From Natronohydrobacter sp. (lineage in GTDB: Bacteria > Pseudomonadota > Alphaproteobacteria > Rhodobacterales > Rhodobacteraceae), in NCBI GenBank assembly GCA_030603695.1, contig JAUVXF010000012.1:20795-84794 (forward strand): 64,000 bases of DNA, given 5' to 3'. Made by a program: the position numbers and the translations under genes. Of this stretch, positions 32,006-42,685 are shown piece by piece. The notes beneath the pieces were generated by a model that had not been told where the DNA came from, searched no databases, and was given only the letters and a program-made list of their open reading frames with translations. Positions within the stretch are counted from its first letter, which is position 1. Each line of letters opens with the position of its first letter.

Positions 32006-34213
32006 ATGACCGACAAGACAATTCCCGACATCATCTATACCAAGGTTGACGAAGCACCCGAACTGGCCTCGGCCTCGTTCTTGCCCATCATCCAAAGCTT
32101 TGCCGCCGCCGCCGGCGTGTCTGTTGGCACGCGCGATATTTCGCTGGCGGGCCGGATTATAGCTGCTTTCCCGGATTTCCTGCGCGAAGATCAGCGCATC
32201 AATGATGATCTGGCGGAACTGGGCGAATTGGTCAAAACGCCAGAGGCGAATGTGATCAAACTGCCCAATATCTCTGCCTCTGGCCCGCAGCTATTGGCTG
32301 CAATCCGCGAATTGCAGGGCCAAGGTTATGGCCTGCCCAATTACCCCGACAGCCCCGCCACAGACGCGGAAAAAGACATCCGGGCGCGCTATGATGCGAT
32401 CAAAGGGTCTGCGGTGAACCCCGTCTTGCGCGAAGGCAATTCCGACCGCCGCGCAGCTGGCGCGGTAAAGCGCTTCGCCCAAGCCAACCCGCATAGCATG
32501 GGCGCTTGGACGGCCGATAGCAAAACCGAAGTCTCTTCCATGCCTGGCGCGGATTTCTTTGCCAATGAGAAATCGGCCACTTTGGGCGCGGCCACCACCG
32601 CAAAGATTGTTCTGGTGGGCGCAGATGGCACAGAAACCGTGCTGAAAGCGGGTGTTTCTTACCCCGCGGGCACTGTAGTAGATGCCACTTTCCTGTCGGC
32701 CAAGGCGCTTGGCGCGTTTCTGGACAGCGAAATCGCGCGCACCAAGGACAAGGGCACACTGTTTTCCCTGCATATGAAAGCCACGATGATGAAGGTGTCA
32801 GACCCGATCATCTTTGGCCATGCCGTGCGCGCTTGGTTGAAACCGGTATTTGAAAAATTCGGGCCGGAACTGGCCGCACTGGGGGTGAACCCCAATTCCG
32901 GCATGGGCGATCTGCTGGCACGGGTGAAGGACAATGCCGCGATCATGGCTGCGATTGCCGAAGTGACCGCCGCGCGCCCGCCCATGTATATGGTCGATAG
33001 CGACAAGGGTATCACCAACCTGCATGTCCCCTCTGACGTGATTATCGACGCCTCCATGCCTGCGCTGATCCGCGCAGGCGGCAGGGGTTGGGGGCCAGAT
33101 GGCAAAGAGCATGACACAAATTGTGTGATCCCCGATAATTGCTATGCGCCTGTCTATGATGAAACCATCAAATTCTTCAAAGCCAATGGCGCGCTGAACC
33201 CGGCCACCGCAGGCACAGTGCAGAATCTGGGCCTGATGGCGCAGAAAGCCGAAGAATATGGCAGCCACCCCACCACGTTTGAAATCCCTCATGATGGCAC
33301 TGTACGGATGGTGCTGGAAGATGGAACCGTCCTGCACGAGCATAAGGTGGAAGCCGGCGATATCTGGCGCTCTGCCTCTGTGCGGCGCGCGCCGATTGAA
33401 GATTGGGTGACACTGGCGATTGATCGCCAAAAGGCGACGGGCTACCGCTCTATCTTCTGGCTGGATGCCAATCGCGCCCATGATGCCGAATTGATAAAGC
33501 TTGTCACCCCCATTCTGGAAGCCAAGGGCGTGGCCGACAAGTTTGAGATCATGGCCCCGCGCGAGGCAACCCGCGCCAGTCTGGAAACCATCACCAAAGG
33601 CGAAAACACCATCGCCATTACCGGCAATGTGCTGCGCGATTACCTGACAGACCTGTTCCCGATTCTGGAACTTGCGACCAGCGCCAAGATGCTGTCCATC
33701 GTGAAATTGATGAATGGCGGCGGCATGTTTGAAACCGGCGCGGGCGGATCGGCGCCAAAGCATGTTCAGCAATTGATGGAACAAAATCATCTGCGCTGGG
33801 ATAGCTTGGGCGAATTTTGCGCACTTGGCGAAAGCTTCAAGTTTCTGGCCGATGCGCGCGGCAATACCAAAGCGCGCCTGCTGGGAGAGGCTGTAGAGGC
33901 CGCAACCCAAGGCTATCTGGACAATGACAATTCGCCCCAGCGCAAACCCGGCCAGCCCGATAACCGCGACAGCCATTACTGGTTTGCGCGCTATTGGGCC
34001 GAAGCTTTGGCCGCACAAACCGAAGATGCCGAACTCAGCGCCCATTTCACCCCAGTGGCCACGGCGCTGGCAGAGAGAGAAGCGCAGATCATCGCAGAAC
34101 TGCGCGCAGATCGTGGCAAAGCCGTTGATCTGGGCGGCTATTACCACGGGGATCCGGTTAAAACCGCTGCTATTATGCGCCCATCTGCCACGCTGAATGC
34201 GATTATCGGCTAA
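32006..34213 (+). CDS. icd: NADP-dependent isocitrate dehydrogenase, monomeric type
   Basis: 735 aa. The length and N-terminus ([21 protein letters not shown]) are typical of monomeric IDH. Confidence 0.95.
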   Translation: MTDKTIPDIIYTKVDEAPELASASFLPIIQSFAAAAGVSVGTRDISLAGRIIAAFPDFLREDQRINDDLAELGELVKTPEANVIKLPNISASGPQLLAAIRELQGQGYGLPNYPDSPATDAEKDIRARYDAIKGSAVNPVLREGNSDRRAAGAVKRFAQANPHSMGAWTADSKTEVSSMPGADFFANEKSATLGAATTAKIVLVGADGTETVLKAGVSYPAGTVVDATFLSAKALGAFLDSEIARTKDKGTLFSLHMKATMMKVSDPIIFGHAVRAWLKPVFEKFGPELAALGVNPNSGMGDLLARVKDNAAIMAAIAEVTAARPPMYMVDSDKGITNLHVPSDVIIDASMPALIRAGGRGWGPDGKEHDTNCVIPDNCYAPVYDETIKFFKANGALNPATAGTVQNLGLMAQKAEEYGSHPTTFEIPHDGTVRMVLEDGTVLHEHKVEAGDIWRSASVRRAPIEDWVTLAIDRQKATGYRSIFWLDANRAHDAELIKLVTPILEAKGVADKFEIMAPREATRASLETITKGENTIAITGNVLRDYLTDLFPILELATSAKMLSIVKLMNGGGMFETGAGGSAPKHVQQLMEQNHLRWDSLGEFCALGESFKFLADARGNTKARLLGEAVEAATQGYLDNDNSPQRKPGQPDNRDSHYWFARYWAEALAAQTEDAELSAHFTPVATALAEREAQIIAELRADRGKAVDLGGYYHGDPVKTAAIMRPSATLNAIIG

Positions 34214-34274
34214 GGCGACACAGCCAAAAGCTGCGTGCGCAAGCGCGCAGCTTCCATGTGCTGCAATCCGCTCG

Positions 34275-34320
34275 CCCAAAAAGAAAGAGCCGCGCAACCG
34301 CGCGGCTCTTTCTTTTTGGG
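34275..34320. terminator. Bidirectional rho-independent terminator (perfect 21-bp stem, AACC loop, A-run/T-run arms)
   Basis: CCCAAAAAGAAAGAGCCGCGC-AACC-GCGCGGCTCTTTCTTTTTGGG, read directly between convergent icd and the bactofilin gene. Confidence 0.75.
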
Positions 34321-34337
34321 CGAATGGCTGGACAGCC

Positions 34338-34913
34338 TTAGCCCTGAATGGATTTCTTTGCTTCTGCCGCTTTCTTGATCGCATCCGATGCTTCGGGGCG
34401 CGGCTGAAAGCTGGGTGCAGGTGCTTCTGGCGCGGCACTGACGCCACGGTTGGTCTGAAGCGGATCATCCTGACGCTGCACCGAACCCTCAAAATGCGCG
34501 CCCGATTCGATGGCGATGGTCTTGTGAATGATATCGCCTTCCACCTGCGCCGAAGATGTCAGACGCACTTTCAGGCCCCGAACACGGCCAATGACGCGGC
34601 CATTGATAACGATGTCATCTGCCACGATCTCGCCGCGGATGGTGGCGCTTTCGCCCACTGTCAGCAGATGCGCGCGGATGTCGCCATCTACCACACCTTC
34701 AATCACGATATCCCCGGTGGTTTTCAGATTGCCCGTTACTGTCAGATCAGCTGCCAGCACAGATGCAGCAGGCTTGGCCTTGGTGACATGGCTGGAGGAC
34801 GACTCAGTCCCGCTTTGACGCAGGAAAGAAGGCGTTGCCTCTACAGTCTTGGCCGGAGCCTGTTCGGCCTCGGTTTTTGGCCCCGGTTCATTGATACGAC
34901 TTTTAGAAAACAT
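34338..34913 (-). CDS. Bactofilin-family cytoskeletal protein
   Basis: Central beta-helical repeat region (TVTGNLKTTGDIVIEGVVDGDIRAHLLTVGESATIRGEIVADDIVINGRVIG) flanked by Pro/Ala-rich tails. Confidence 0.85.
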   Translation of the reverse strand: MFSKSRINEPGPKTEAEQAPAKTVEATPSFLRQSGTESSSSHVTKAKPAASVLAADLTVTGNLKTTGDIVIEGVVDGDIRAHLLTVGESATIRGEIVADDIVINGRVIGRVRGLKVRLTSSAQVEGDIIHKTIAIESGAHFEGSVQRQDDPLQTNRGVSAAPEAPAPSFQPRPEASDAIKKAAEAKKSIQG

Positions 34914-36246
34914 GCTGTCCAGCCCTTATATACGTTAGCGGATTGACTGCTCTGCCATTGACACGCACCTCATAGTGCAAGTGAACGCCGGTAGAGACTC
35001 CTGTAGTGCCCATACCACCAATTCTCTGACCGCGCGAGACCCTTTGTCCTACCCGCACATCTATGGAATTCAAATGCGCGTAATAGGTCTCGATCCCGAA
35101 GTCGTGCTGGATGACGACCAGATTGCCATAGCCGCCCTGACGCCCGGCCTGCTTGACCACGCCATCTGCTGACGCCGTAATGGCTGTGCCCCGCGGCCCG
35201 GCCCAATCAAGCCCGCTATGCATGGTGTTGCGCCCTGTCAGCGGATGGCGGCGCATCCCGAAACCCGATGTCTGACGCACAGCACCGGAACTGACGGGCC
35301 GCGCAACTGGCAAACGATCCACGCCTTGACGGTATGCCGTGACTTCGGCCATGCGATCCAGAATGGCATTGGCGCGCGCAATATCCGGGCTTGCCCCCAT
35401 CACCCCGGAGGTGGACACCGCAATGGGCCGCAAGGATGCGGATTGTGACGAAGCCCCTTGGCGCACCAACCTGCGAATCTGGTCTGGCGACACACCGGCA
35501 GAATTGAAAACACGCTCCATGGGCGCGATCACGGCCTCCAGCGCCTCTTCCAGCTGGGAAAAGATCACATGGTTGCGGTCTTTCAGAAGTTCATTCTCCA
35601 AGGCCAGATGGCGGGCTTGGTTGGCCGCCTGCTCTGCCCCCACCCCCAAATCATGCGTATATTGAGATGCGCGTTCCATGGCGACCAGCAAGTAATCCAG
35701 CATCTGTTCGGTATCGCGGTTGCGATCTGCCGCCGTGCGGGTTGATCCCGTTTCAGCGGCCAGCGTGCGGGTTGCCTCTGCCAAACGCTCGCGCGCCTCG
35801 TCACGCTCGCGGGTGATGCGGCGCACGGTGCTGTGGATGGCGTCAATCCCCGTTTCCAGTTCCAGCCGGCGCTCTTCCGAAGCAAGAAGCTGCATCTGCA
35901 TTTCGGAAATCCGCGCCATCGCTTCGGCAAAGCGGGTTTGCGCGGCCTCGGCCTCTGCCGCGCGCGAATCGCGCTCTGTGGCCAGTTGGTTCAGGCGCTG
36001 TTCATAATTGGCCTGTTCCCGCAAGGCTTGGTCGCGCAGGTTGCCAGACCCGATCACATCCATCAGCAAGATGGATGTGGCAATCACGGCCCAGGCAAAA
36101 AAGACAGACACCCCGGCAATGCCGATCGCTTGCGACAAAGGGCGCAACCGCACGAAACGCGTGGTATTGTCTGATCTCAGAAACAGGCGCTGTTCAGGTA
36201 ATCTGCGCTCAAGGCGTTGGTTCACGCGAACGAGAAGTCGTTTCAA
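34903..36246 (-). CDS. M23 (LytM) family metallopeptidase with an N-terminal TM and coiled coil
   Basis: C-terminal HSGLDWAGPRGTAI...GTTGVSTGVHLHYEV M23 motifs. The start is uncertain. The ORF is open to a TTG at 36387. I prefer the TTG at 36246 (AGGAAAA RBS, homolog-like LKRLLVRVNQRLERRLPEQRLFLRSD start). An ATG at 36345 is also possible. The 3' end overlaps the bactofilin start by 11 nt. Confidence 0.75.
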   Translation of the reverse strand: MKRLLVRVNQRLERRLPEQRLFLRSDNTTRFVRLRPLSQAIGIAGVSVFFAWAVIATSILLMDVIGSGNLRDQALREQANYEQRLNQLATERDSRAAEAEAAQTRFAEAMARISEMQMQLLASEERRLELETGIDAIHSTVRRITRERDEARERLAEATRTLAAETGSTRTAADRNRDTEQMLDYLLVAMERASQYTHDLGVGAEQAANQARHLALENELLKDRNHVIFSQLEEALEAVIAPMERVFNSAGVSPDQIRRLVRQGASSQSASLRPIAVSTSGVMGASPDIARANAILDRMAEVTAYRQGVDRLPVARPVSSGAVRQTSGFGMRRHPLTGRNTMHSGLDWAGPRGTAITASADGVVKQAGRQGGYGNLVVIQHDFGIETYYAHLNSIDVRVGQRVSRGQRIGGMGTTGVSTGVHLHYEVRVNGRAVNPLTYIRAGQHVF

Positions 36247-36614
36247 GGCAATTTTCCTGCTTAACTTTGGCGTCTTGCACGGGGTGCTGATGGAACTTCT
36301 TGCGATCGTTACACGGTACACGGGGTTACGAACACAAGCACTCATGCCCCCCCTGCATGTGTTACGGGCAGCGGCAGCATGGGGCAAGTTCTTAAGTCGT
36401 GGTTTTTCGGCAACAGTGGGCCTTCAGCGATTAATCGGCAGTATCTTGCCGATCCCCGCCCGCAATCGCCCCTCTGCACCGCGCCAGCCTGCTGTCCCTG
36501 CCCTCCTGCGGCTTTCATCTTGGCCAAAATATCCTCAGGGGGTGAATTGGGCCAAAGGCCCAAGAGAGGGCAGGCCGCGAAACTTCGGCTTGGCGGGGAT
36601 TTTGCGCCTCTGGC

Positions 36615-37427
36615 TCAGGCGGGTTCCGACAAGGGCCAGTAAAAATCTGGCGGCAACCCGGCCTGTGCGCGCTTTTCCTCATTGAACGGGGGCCGCAAGG
36701 GGCTGTGGAAATAGCGCCGCACCAGCTCCAGAAATACCGGCTGCGGGTCATGCCCTTCGCGGCCACACAGGAAGTTGAACCATTTGGAACCATAGGCCAC
36801 ATGCCCCACTTCCTCGGCATAGATCACTTGCAGGGCCTCGACCGCCCGCGCATCGCCCGCACGCTGGAATATTTCTATCATGCCCGGCGTCACATCCAGC
36901 CCGCGCGCTTCCAGCACCATGGGCACCACGGCCAGACGGCCCAGAATATCGCCTGCGGTATCTTCGGCGGCGCGCCACATGCCCGCATGGGCGGGCATTG
37001 CGCCGTAATGGCTGCCAAGCCCCTCCAGACAGTCACACATCAGGTTGAAATGCTTGGATTCCTCATCCGCCGCTTTCACCCAGTCATCATAAAAGCCCAA
37101 GGGCATGTCGATATCAGGAAACCGCGCGATCATATCCCAATGCAGATCAACTGCGTTCAATTCGATATGCGCGATGGCGTGCAAGATCGCGATACGCCCT
37201 TGCGGGCTGCCGGGGCGGCGGCGGGGCACATCGCGCGGGTCAAGCAATTCCGGCGCATCGGGGCGCGCGGGCCTGTCGGGCGGGATGGCATGGCCCAGCG
37301 GCAAGGGCGCACCCGCCTTGCGCGCGGCAAACCATGTGGCGGCATGCTGGCGCGACAGGGCGGTTTTGGCCCGCCCGTCTGCCGTGGTCAGCACCGCAAC
37401 GGCCATCTCGCGCAAGCTTTGGGTCAT
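36615..37427 (-). CDS. DUF455 ferritin-like family protein
   Basis: ILHAIAHIELNAVDLHWDMIARF and YAEEVGHVAYG motifs. ATG at 37427 overlaps the bcp stop (ATGA). Confidence 0.75.
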   Translation of the reverse strand: MTQSLREMAVAVLTTADGRAKTALSRQHAATWFAARKAGAPLPLGHAIPPDRPARPDAPELLDPRDVPRRRPGSPQGRIAILHAIAHIELNAVDLHWDMIARFPDIDMPLGFYDDWVKAADEESKHFNLMCDCLEGLGSHYGAMPAHAGMWRAAEDTAGDILGRLAVVPMVLEARGLDVTPGMIEIFQRAGDARAVEALQVIYAEEVGHVAYGSKWFNFLCGREGHDPQPVFLELVRRYFHSPLRPPFNEEKRAQAGLPPDFYWPLSEPA

Positions 37428-37885
37428 AGGGCGCGCACGGCGTCCAGCACGGCACTTGCATGGCCTGCGGCTTTCACCTTGCGCCAGACCTGCGCAATGC
37501 GGCCTTCGCCATCCACAAGGAACGTCGCGCGCTCTATCCCGAAGGATGTCTTGCCATACATGCTTTTTTCCACCCAGACGCCATAACGCTCGCATACATC
37601 GCTGTCAGCGTCAGAGGCCAGGATCACACCCAGATCATGCTTGGCCAGAAATTTATCGTGCTTGGCCACGGTATCTTTGGAAATGCCGATCACCTTTGCG
37701 CCTGCGCTCTCGAACTCTGCAATCAGGGCGGTGAATTCCAGCGCCTCTGTGGTGCAACCGGGCGTATCATCGCGCGGGTAGAAATAGAGAACCACTTTGG
37801 AAGGTTTCAGCGCCGAAAGTGTGACCTCTGCGCCGCCATCGCGGGGCAAGGTGAAATCCGGGGCCATGTCGCCTGTCTGTGCCAT
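37424..37885 (-). CDS. bcp: Peroxiredoxin Bcp (thiol peroxidase)
   Basis: [14 protein letters not shown] active-site motif. ATG at 37885 follows GGGAG. The track ORF begins at a GTG at 37903. Confidence 0.85.
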   Translation of the reverse strand: MAQTGDMAPDFTLPRDGGAEVTLSALKPSKVVLYFYPRDDTPGCTTEALEFTALIAEFESAGAKVIGISKDTVAKHDKFLAKHDLGVILASDADSDVCERYGVWVEKSMYGKTSFGIERATFLVDGEGRIAQVWRKVKAAGHASAVLDAVRAL

Positions 37886-37980
37886 TGTCATCTCCCGTGT
37901 CACGAAATCGTTGCCCCTGTTGTAGCGGCTTGGCGGGCAAGTTAAAGGCCGGATGCAAAACTTGGAAAAAAGCGCGCGCC

Positions 37981-39030
37981 ATGAAACTGTCAGAGTTTGA
38001 TTTTACTTTGCCGGAAGATCTGATTGCAACGCGCCCCGTGCGCCCGCGCCCTGCCGCGCGGCTGCTTTTGGCGCAAGGCGATACAATCACAGATCGCCAT
38101 GTGGCCGATCTGCCCGATATTCTGCGCCCCGGTGATTTGCTGGTGATCAATACCACCAAGGTTATTCCCGCCCGCCTTTTCGGGCAGCGCCCGCGCGACA
38201 GCGCGCAAGGCCCTGTTTCCGCCAAGATTGAAGTAACCCTGACAGAGCCGCAACCCGACGGCAGCTGGCGCGCCTTGGCCAAACCCCTGCGCAAACTGGC
38301 AGAGGGCGAAGAGATCATCTTTACCGACAGCCTGCGCGCGCAGGTGGTGCAGCGCGGGGCGGAAGATGTGGTTTTGCGCTTCAACCTTGCGGGCGATGAT
38401 TTTGACGCCGAATTGGACAGGGCAGGCCAGATGCCCTTGCCGCCCTATATCGCAGGCCGTCGCGCCGCCGATGCGCAGGATCGCGAAGATTATCAGACCG
38501 TTTTCGCCCGCACCCCCGGCGCAGTGGCCGCCCCCACCGCATCGCTGCATTTTGACGCGGATTTGCTGGAACAGTTGCGCGCGATGGGCGTGGGCTTTGC
38601 AGAGGTGACATTGCATGTGGGCGCAGGCACGTTTCTGCCGGTGAAGGTGGATGATGTGCGCGCGCATAAAATGCACGCTGAATGGGGCCAAGTAACACCA
38701 GAGGCCGCGGCCCAGATCATGGCCACCCATGCCAGCGGCGGGCGCGTGATTGCCGTGGGCACAACCGCGCTGCGCCTGATCGAAACTGCCGCCACCGGCC
38801 CCGGCCAGATTGGCGCATGGTCGGGCAAGACGGATATTTTCATTACCCCCGGTTTCCGCTTTCAGCTGGCACATGGGTTGATGACAAATTTCCACTTGCC
38901 GAAATCCACCCTGATGATGCTGGTCTCCGCCCTGATGGGGCGTGAGCGGATCATGGGCATCTATGCCCATGCCATCGCCCAGCGTTACCGCTTCTTTTCT
39001 TATGGCGATTCGTCGTTGCTTTTGCCCTGA
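37981..39030 (+). CDS. queA: S-adenosylmethionine:tRNA ribosyltransferase-isomerase (QueA)
   Basis: [20 protein letters not shown]... and the C-terminal [11 protein letters not shown] are typical of QueA. Confidence 0.9.
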   Translation: MKLSEFDFTLPEDLIATRPVRPRPAARLLLAQGDTITDRHVADLPDILRPGDLLVINTTKVIPARLFGQRPRDSAQGPVSAKIEVTLTEPQPDGSWRALAKPLRKLAEGEEIIFTDSLRAQVVQRGAEDVVLRFNLAGDDFDAELDRAGQMPLPPYIAGRRAADAQDREDYQTVFARTPGAVAAPTASLHFDADLLEQLRAMGVGFAEVTLHVGAGTFLPVKVDDVRAHKMHAEWGQVTPEAAAQIMATHASGGRVIAVGTTALRLIETAATGPGQIGAWSGKTDIFITPGFRFQLAHGLMTNFHLPKSTLMMLVSALMGRERIMGIYAHAIAQRYRFFSYGDSSLLLP

Positions 39031-39114
39031 GCGCGACATCGGGTGTCGTTTCTGTCATAGTGGCGTTAGGGTGCAGGGCCTAAGCTCTTCGCAGCACTGA
39101 CCGAAGGACATGCA

Positions 39115-40368
39115 ATGCTAAAGGTTTTCACGGCCTCTTGGGCGCTCTTGCTGGGGCTGATGTTTCTGATGGTCGGCAACGGCGTGCAGGGCACATTGCT
39201 GGGCATCCGGGGCGCGATAGAGGGCTTTAGCACGCTGCAAATGTCTGTCGTCATGTCGGCCTATTTTGCGGGGTTTCTCTTCGGGTCGCGCATGGCGCCG
39301 GAAATGATCCGCAGGGTGGGGCATGTGCGGGTATTCGCGGCGCTTGGCTCCATGATCTCGGCAGTGCTGGTGCTGTATGCGGCGCTGCCTGACTGGATCA
39401 TCTGGGCGCTGTTGCGCGTGCTGATCGGGTTTTGCTTTTCCGGGGTGTATGTCACGGCGGAAAGCTGGCTGAACAATACCGCCAGCAATGAAAATCGCGG
39501 GCAAGCGCTGTCGCTATATATGATCGTGCAGATGGTGGGCATCATTTCGGCGCAGGCGCTGATAAACTTTGCCGATCCTGCGGGGTATTTGCTGTTTATC
39601 ATCCCCTCGGTTCTAGTGTCGCTGGCCTTTGCGCCTATCTTGCTGTCGGTCAGCCCCGCGCCCACCTTCGGCACAACCCGTGCCATGTCTATCAAAGAGC
39701 TTTACGATGTCTCGCCCCTTGGTGTGGTGGGGATTTTCCTGATGGGCGGTGTCTTTGCCGCAATGTTTGGCATGACCGCCGTTTGGGGCACAGAGGCCGG
39801 GCTAAGCGTGCTGGAAATCTCTGTCTTCACAGGCGCGATCTATTTTGGCGGGCTGGTGTTTCAGTATCCTATCGGCTGGCTGTCTGACAGGATGGACAGG
39901 CGCAAATTGCTTGTCATCGTCTCGCTGATCGGGGTGGCCGGGGGGGCGCTGGCGGTGCTGTTTGATCTGCCCTTTATCGGGCTGGTGGGGGTGGCGCTGA
40001 TAATCGGGGGTATTTCCAACCCGCTCTATTCGCTGCTGGTGGCCTATACGAATGATTATCTGGATGGCGATCAGATGGCCGCGGCCTCTGGCGGGTTGCT
40101 GTTTGTCAATGGCGTGGGGGCAATCATCGGGCCGCTGGCGATTGGCTGGCTGATGGGGATCATCGGGCCGTCGGGGTTTTTCCTGTTCATCATCGTATTG
40201 ATGATGATGCTGGTGGTCTATGCCATCTGGCGGATGACGCAACGCCCCTCTGTTCCCGTATCAGAGACAGGGCCATTCGCGCCCATGTCGCCTGTCGTAT
40301 CGGCGGCAACGGTAGAAGCGGTCTATACCGAACTAACAGAACAACAGGCCGAATCTGGCCCGACATAG
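39115..40368 (+). CDS. MFS transporter (YcaD/YfkF-like)
   Basis: 417 aa, about 12 predicted TM segments, and MFS loop motifs. Confidence 0.75.
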   Translation: MLKVFTASWALLLGLMFLMVGNGVQGTLLGIRGAIEGFSTLQMSVVMSAYFAGFLFGSRMAPEMIRRVGHVRVFAALGSMISAVLVLYAALPDWIIWALLRVLIGFCFSGVYVTAESWLNNTASNENRGQALSLYMIVQMVGIISAQALINFADPAGYLLFIIPSVLVSLAFAPILLSVSPAPTFGTTRAMSIKELYDVSPLGVVGIFLMGGVFAAMFGMTAVWGTEAGLSVLEISVFTGAIYFGGLVFQYPIGWLSDRMDRRKLLVIVSLIGVAGGALAVLFDLPFIGLVGVALIIGGISNPLYSLLVAYTNDYLDGDQMAAASGGLLFVNGVGAIIGPLAIGWLMGIIGPSGFFLFIIVLMMMLVVYAIWRMTQRPSVPVSETGPFAPMSPVVSAATVEAVYTELTEQQAESGPT

Positions 40369-40480
40369 TGGTAATTCGGCACGTTTTCCCGCGCTCGCGC
40401 GTTTGTCAGGGCGAAATCCTTGTGAAACGCGCGAAACGCTGTCACGCTTAATGTGTATGCAGCAACCGCAGGTGAGGGAT

Positions 40481-41059
40481 ATGACAACGGTTGATGAGGT
40501 GATCCGGTTCTGGGTGAAGGATGTGGGGCCAGCGGGCTGGTATGCCACCGATCCCGCGCTGGATGCGCGCATTCGCGAAACTTTCAAGCCGCTGTGGGAG
40601 AAAGCGCTTGAAGGGCGGCTGGAACGCTGGACATCCTGCGCGCGCGGTGCGCTGGCCTTCATCATCGTGACAGACCAGTTTCCGCGCAACATGTTCCGCG
40701 ACGACAGACGCGCCTTCGCAACCGATGATCTGGCCCGCCGCGTGGCCGCGCGCGCCTGCCATCTGGGCTTTGACTGCCAGACCCCAGAGCCAGAGCGCCA
40801 GTTTTTCTACCTGCCCCTGATGCATTCCGAAAGCCAGATGGATCAGGATCGCGCCGTGCGCATGTTCTTGCTGCGCATGCCCGAAACCGGTGCAGAAAAT
40901 CTGCTTCATGCGCGCGCACACCGCGCCGTTATCCGTGAATTTGGCCGCTTTCCCTATCGCAACGCCGCCCTTGGGCGGCCCAGCACACCGGGAGAGGAAA
41001 GTTTTCTGGCGCGCGGCGGCTATGGCTCTGCGGTAAAGGCGCTGCAAGAAGCAGCATAA
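40481..41059 (+). CDS. DUF924 family protein
   Basis: VIRFWV...LAFIIVTDQFPRNMFRDDRRAFATD matches the DUF924 pattern. ATG at 40481 follows GGTGAGGGA. Confidence 0.75.
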   Translation: MTTVDEVIRFWVKDVGPAGWYATDPALDARIRETFKPLWEKALEGRLERWTSCARGALAFIIVTDQFPRNMFRDDRRAFATDDLARRVAARACHLGFDCQTPEPERQFFYLPLMHSESQMDQDRAVRMFLLRMPETGAENLLHARAHRAVIREFGRFPYRNAALGRPSTPGEESFLARGGYGSAVKALQEAA

Positions 41060-41070
41060 GTTTGGCCCGC

Positions 41071-41097
41071 GCCGCCATGCGCCCTGTGCATGGCGGC
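41071..41097 (+). terminator. Hairpin after the DUF924 gene (10-bp stem GCCGCCATGC / GCATGGCGGC)
   Basis: The inverted repeat was read directly. The U-tract is weak (ATTT). Confidence 0.4.
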
Positions 41098-41180
41098 ATT
41101 TCCCGCTTTGCGTTGCGGCATTGCAAAAAATAGTTTAATGCCAAACTAGTTTTGAACGGGGCGCGACGGGAGGAAATCGC

Positions 41181-42575
41181 ATGGCTGCCAGATCATTTGA
41201 TGTTGTTGTTATCGGGGCCGGGCCGGGGGGCTATGTGGCCGCAATCCGCGCGGCCCAGCTTGGGAAATCTGTGGCCATTGTAGAGCGCGAGCATCTGGGC
41301 GGGATTTGCCTGAACTGGGGCTGCATTCCCACCAAGGCACTGCTGCGCTCTGCCGAGGTGTTTCACCTGATGCACCGCGCCAAGGAATTTGGCCTGAGCG
41401 CCGACAATATCAGCTATGATCTGGATGCCGTGGTCAAACGCTCTCGCAAGGTGGCGGGGCAGCTTTCGGGCGGCATTGGCCATCTGATGAAGAAAAACAA
41501 GATCACTGTTGTGATGGGTGCGGCCACATTGCCCGCCAAGGGCAAAGTGGCGGTGAAAACCGACAAGGGCACCGAAGAACTGACCGCCCCCAATATCATC
41601 CTTGCCACAGGCGCGCGCGCCCGCGAATTGCCGGGGCTAGAGGCTGATGGCGATCTGGTCTGGACATATAAACACGCGCTGCAACCCAAGCGGATGCCGA
41701 AAAAGCTGCTTGTCATCGGCTCTGGCGCGATTGGGATAGAATTTGCCAGCTTCTTCAACACACTGGGTGCAGATGTGACAGTGGTGGAAGTGCAAGACCG
41801 CATTCTGCCCGTGGAAGATGCCGAAATCAGCGCTTTTGCCAAAAAGCAGTTTGAAAAGCAGGGCATGAAGATATTGGAAAAGGCGATGGTCAAGAAGCTT
41901 GATCGCGCCGCCCCCAAAGTAACCGCCCATATCGAACGCGGTGGCAAGACCGAGACAATGGAATTTGACACGGTTATTTCCGCCGTGGGGATTGTAGCCA
42001 ATACCGAAGGGCTGGGGCTGGAAGCGCTGGGCGCCAAGATTGACCGCTCTTTCGTCGTGACGGACAAATATTGCCGCACCGGCGTAGAGGGGCTGTTCGT
42101 GATTGGCGATGCCACGCAAGGGCCGTGGCTGGCGCATAAGGCCAGCCATGAAGGGGTGATGGTGGCAGAACTGATCGCAGGCGGCCACCCCCATGCGGTA
42201 GATCCCGCCAGCATTGCCGGTTGCACCTATTGCCACCCGCAAGTGGCCTCTGTGGGCCTGACAGAGGCCAAGGCCAAAGAAGCGGGCTATGAGATCAAGG
42301 TCGGGCGCTTCCCCTTTATCGGCAATGGCAAGGCCATCGCACTGGGAGAGCCGGAGGGCATGATCAAAACGATCTTTGACGCCAAAACCGGCGAATTGCT
42401 GGGCGCGCATATGATCGGTGCAGAAGTGACAGAGTTGATTCAGGGCTATGTCGTGGGCCGCGCGCTGGAAACCACGGAAGAAGACCTGATGAACACTGTC
42501 TTCCCCCACCCAACCCTCAGCGAGATGATGCACGAATCCGTGCTGGATGCTTACGGGCGCGCGCTGCATTTCTAA
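41181..42575 (+). CDS. lpdA: Dihydrolipoyl dehydrogenase (E3)
   Basis: FDVVVIGAGPGGYVAAIRAAQLG, redox-active GGICLNWGCIPTK, and a C-terminal HPTLSE motif. Confidence 0.9.
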   Translation: MAARSFDVVVIGAGPGGYVAAIRAAQLGKSVAIVEREHLGGICLNWGCIPTKALLRSAEVFHLMHRAKEFGLSADNISYDLDAVVKRSRKVAGQLSGGIGHLMKKNKITVVMGAATLPAKGKVAVKTDKGTEELTAPNIILATGARARELPGLEADGDLVWTYKHALQPKRMPKKLLVIGSGAIGIEFASFFNTLGADVTVVEVQDRILPVEDAEISAFAKKQFEKQGMKILEKAMVKKLDRAAPKVTAHIERGGKTETMEFDTVISAVGIVANTEGLGLEALGAKIDRSFVVTDKYCRTGVEGLFVIGDATQGPWLAHKASHEGVMVAELIAGGHPHAVDPASIAGCTYCHPQVASVGLTEAKAKEAGYEIKVGRFPFIGNGKAIALGEPEGMIKTIFDAKTGELLGAHMIGAEVTELIQGYVVGRALETTEEDLMNTVFPHPTLSEMMHESVLDAYGRALHF

Positions 42576-42581
42576 GGGCCT

Positions 42582-42603
42582 CCCCCCCCTCTGTGGGGGG
42601 GGG
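42582..42603. terminator. Homopolymer hairpin C8-TCTGT-G9 between convergent lpdA and the rhodanese gene
   Basis: Read directly. There is no U-tract. Confidence 0.35.
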
Positions 42604-42685
42604 CGCCCCCTCTTTCCTACATCGCTGCCCTTGGGTCTTTCAGGAAAGGAGCAGGCTGGCACAAAGGCCAGCAGGGGGCCACCTG

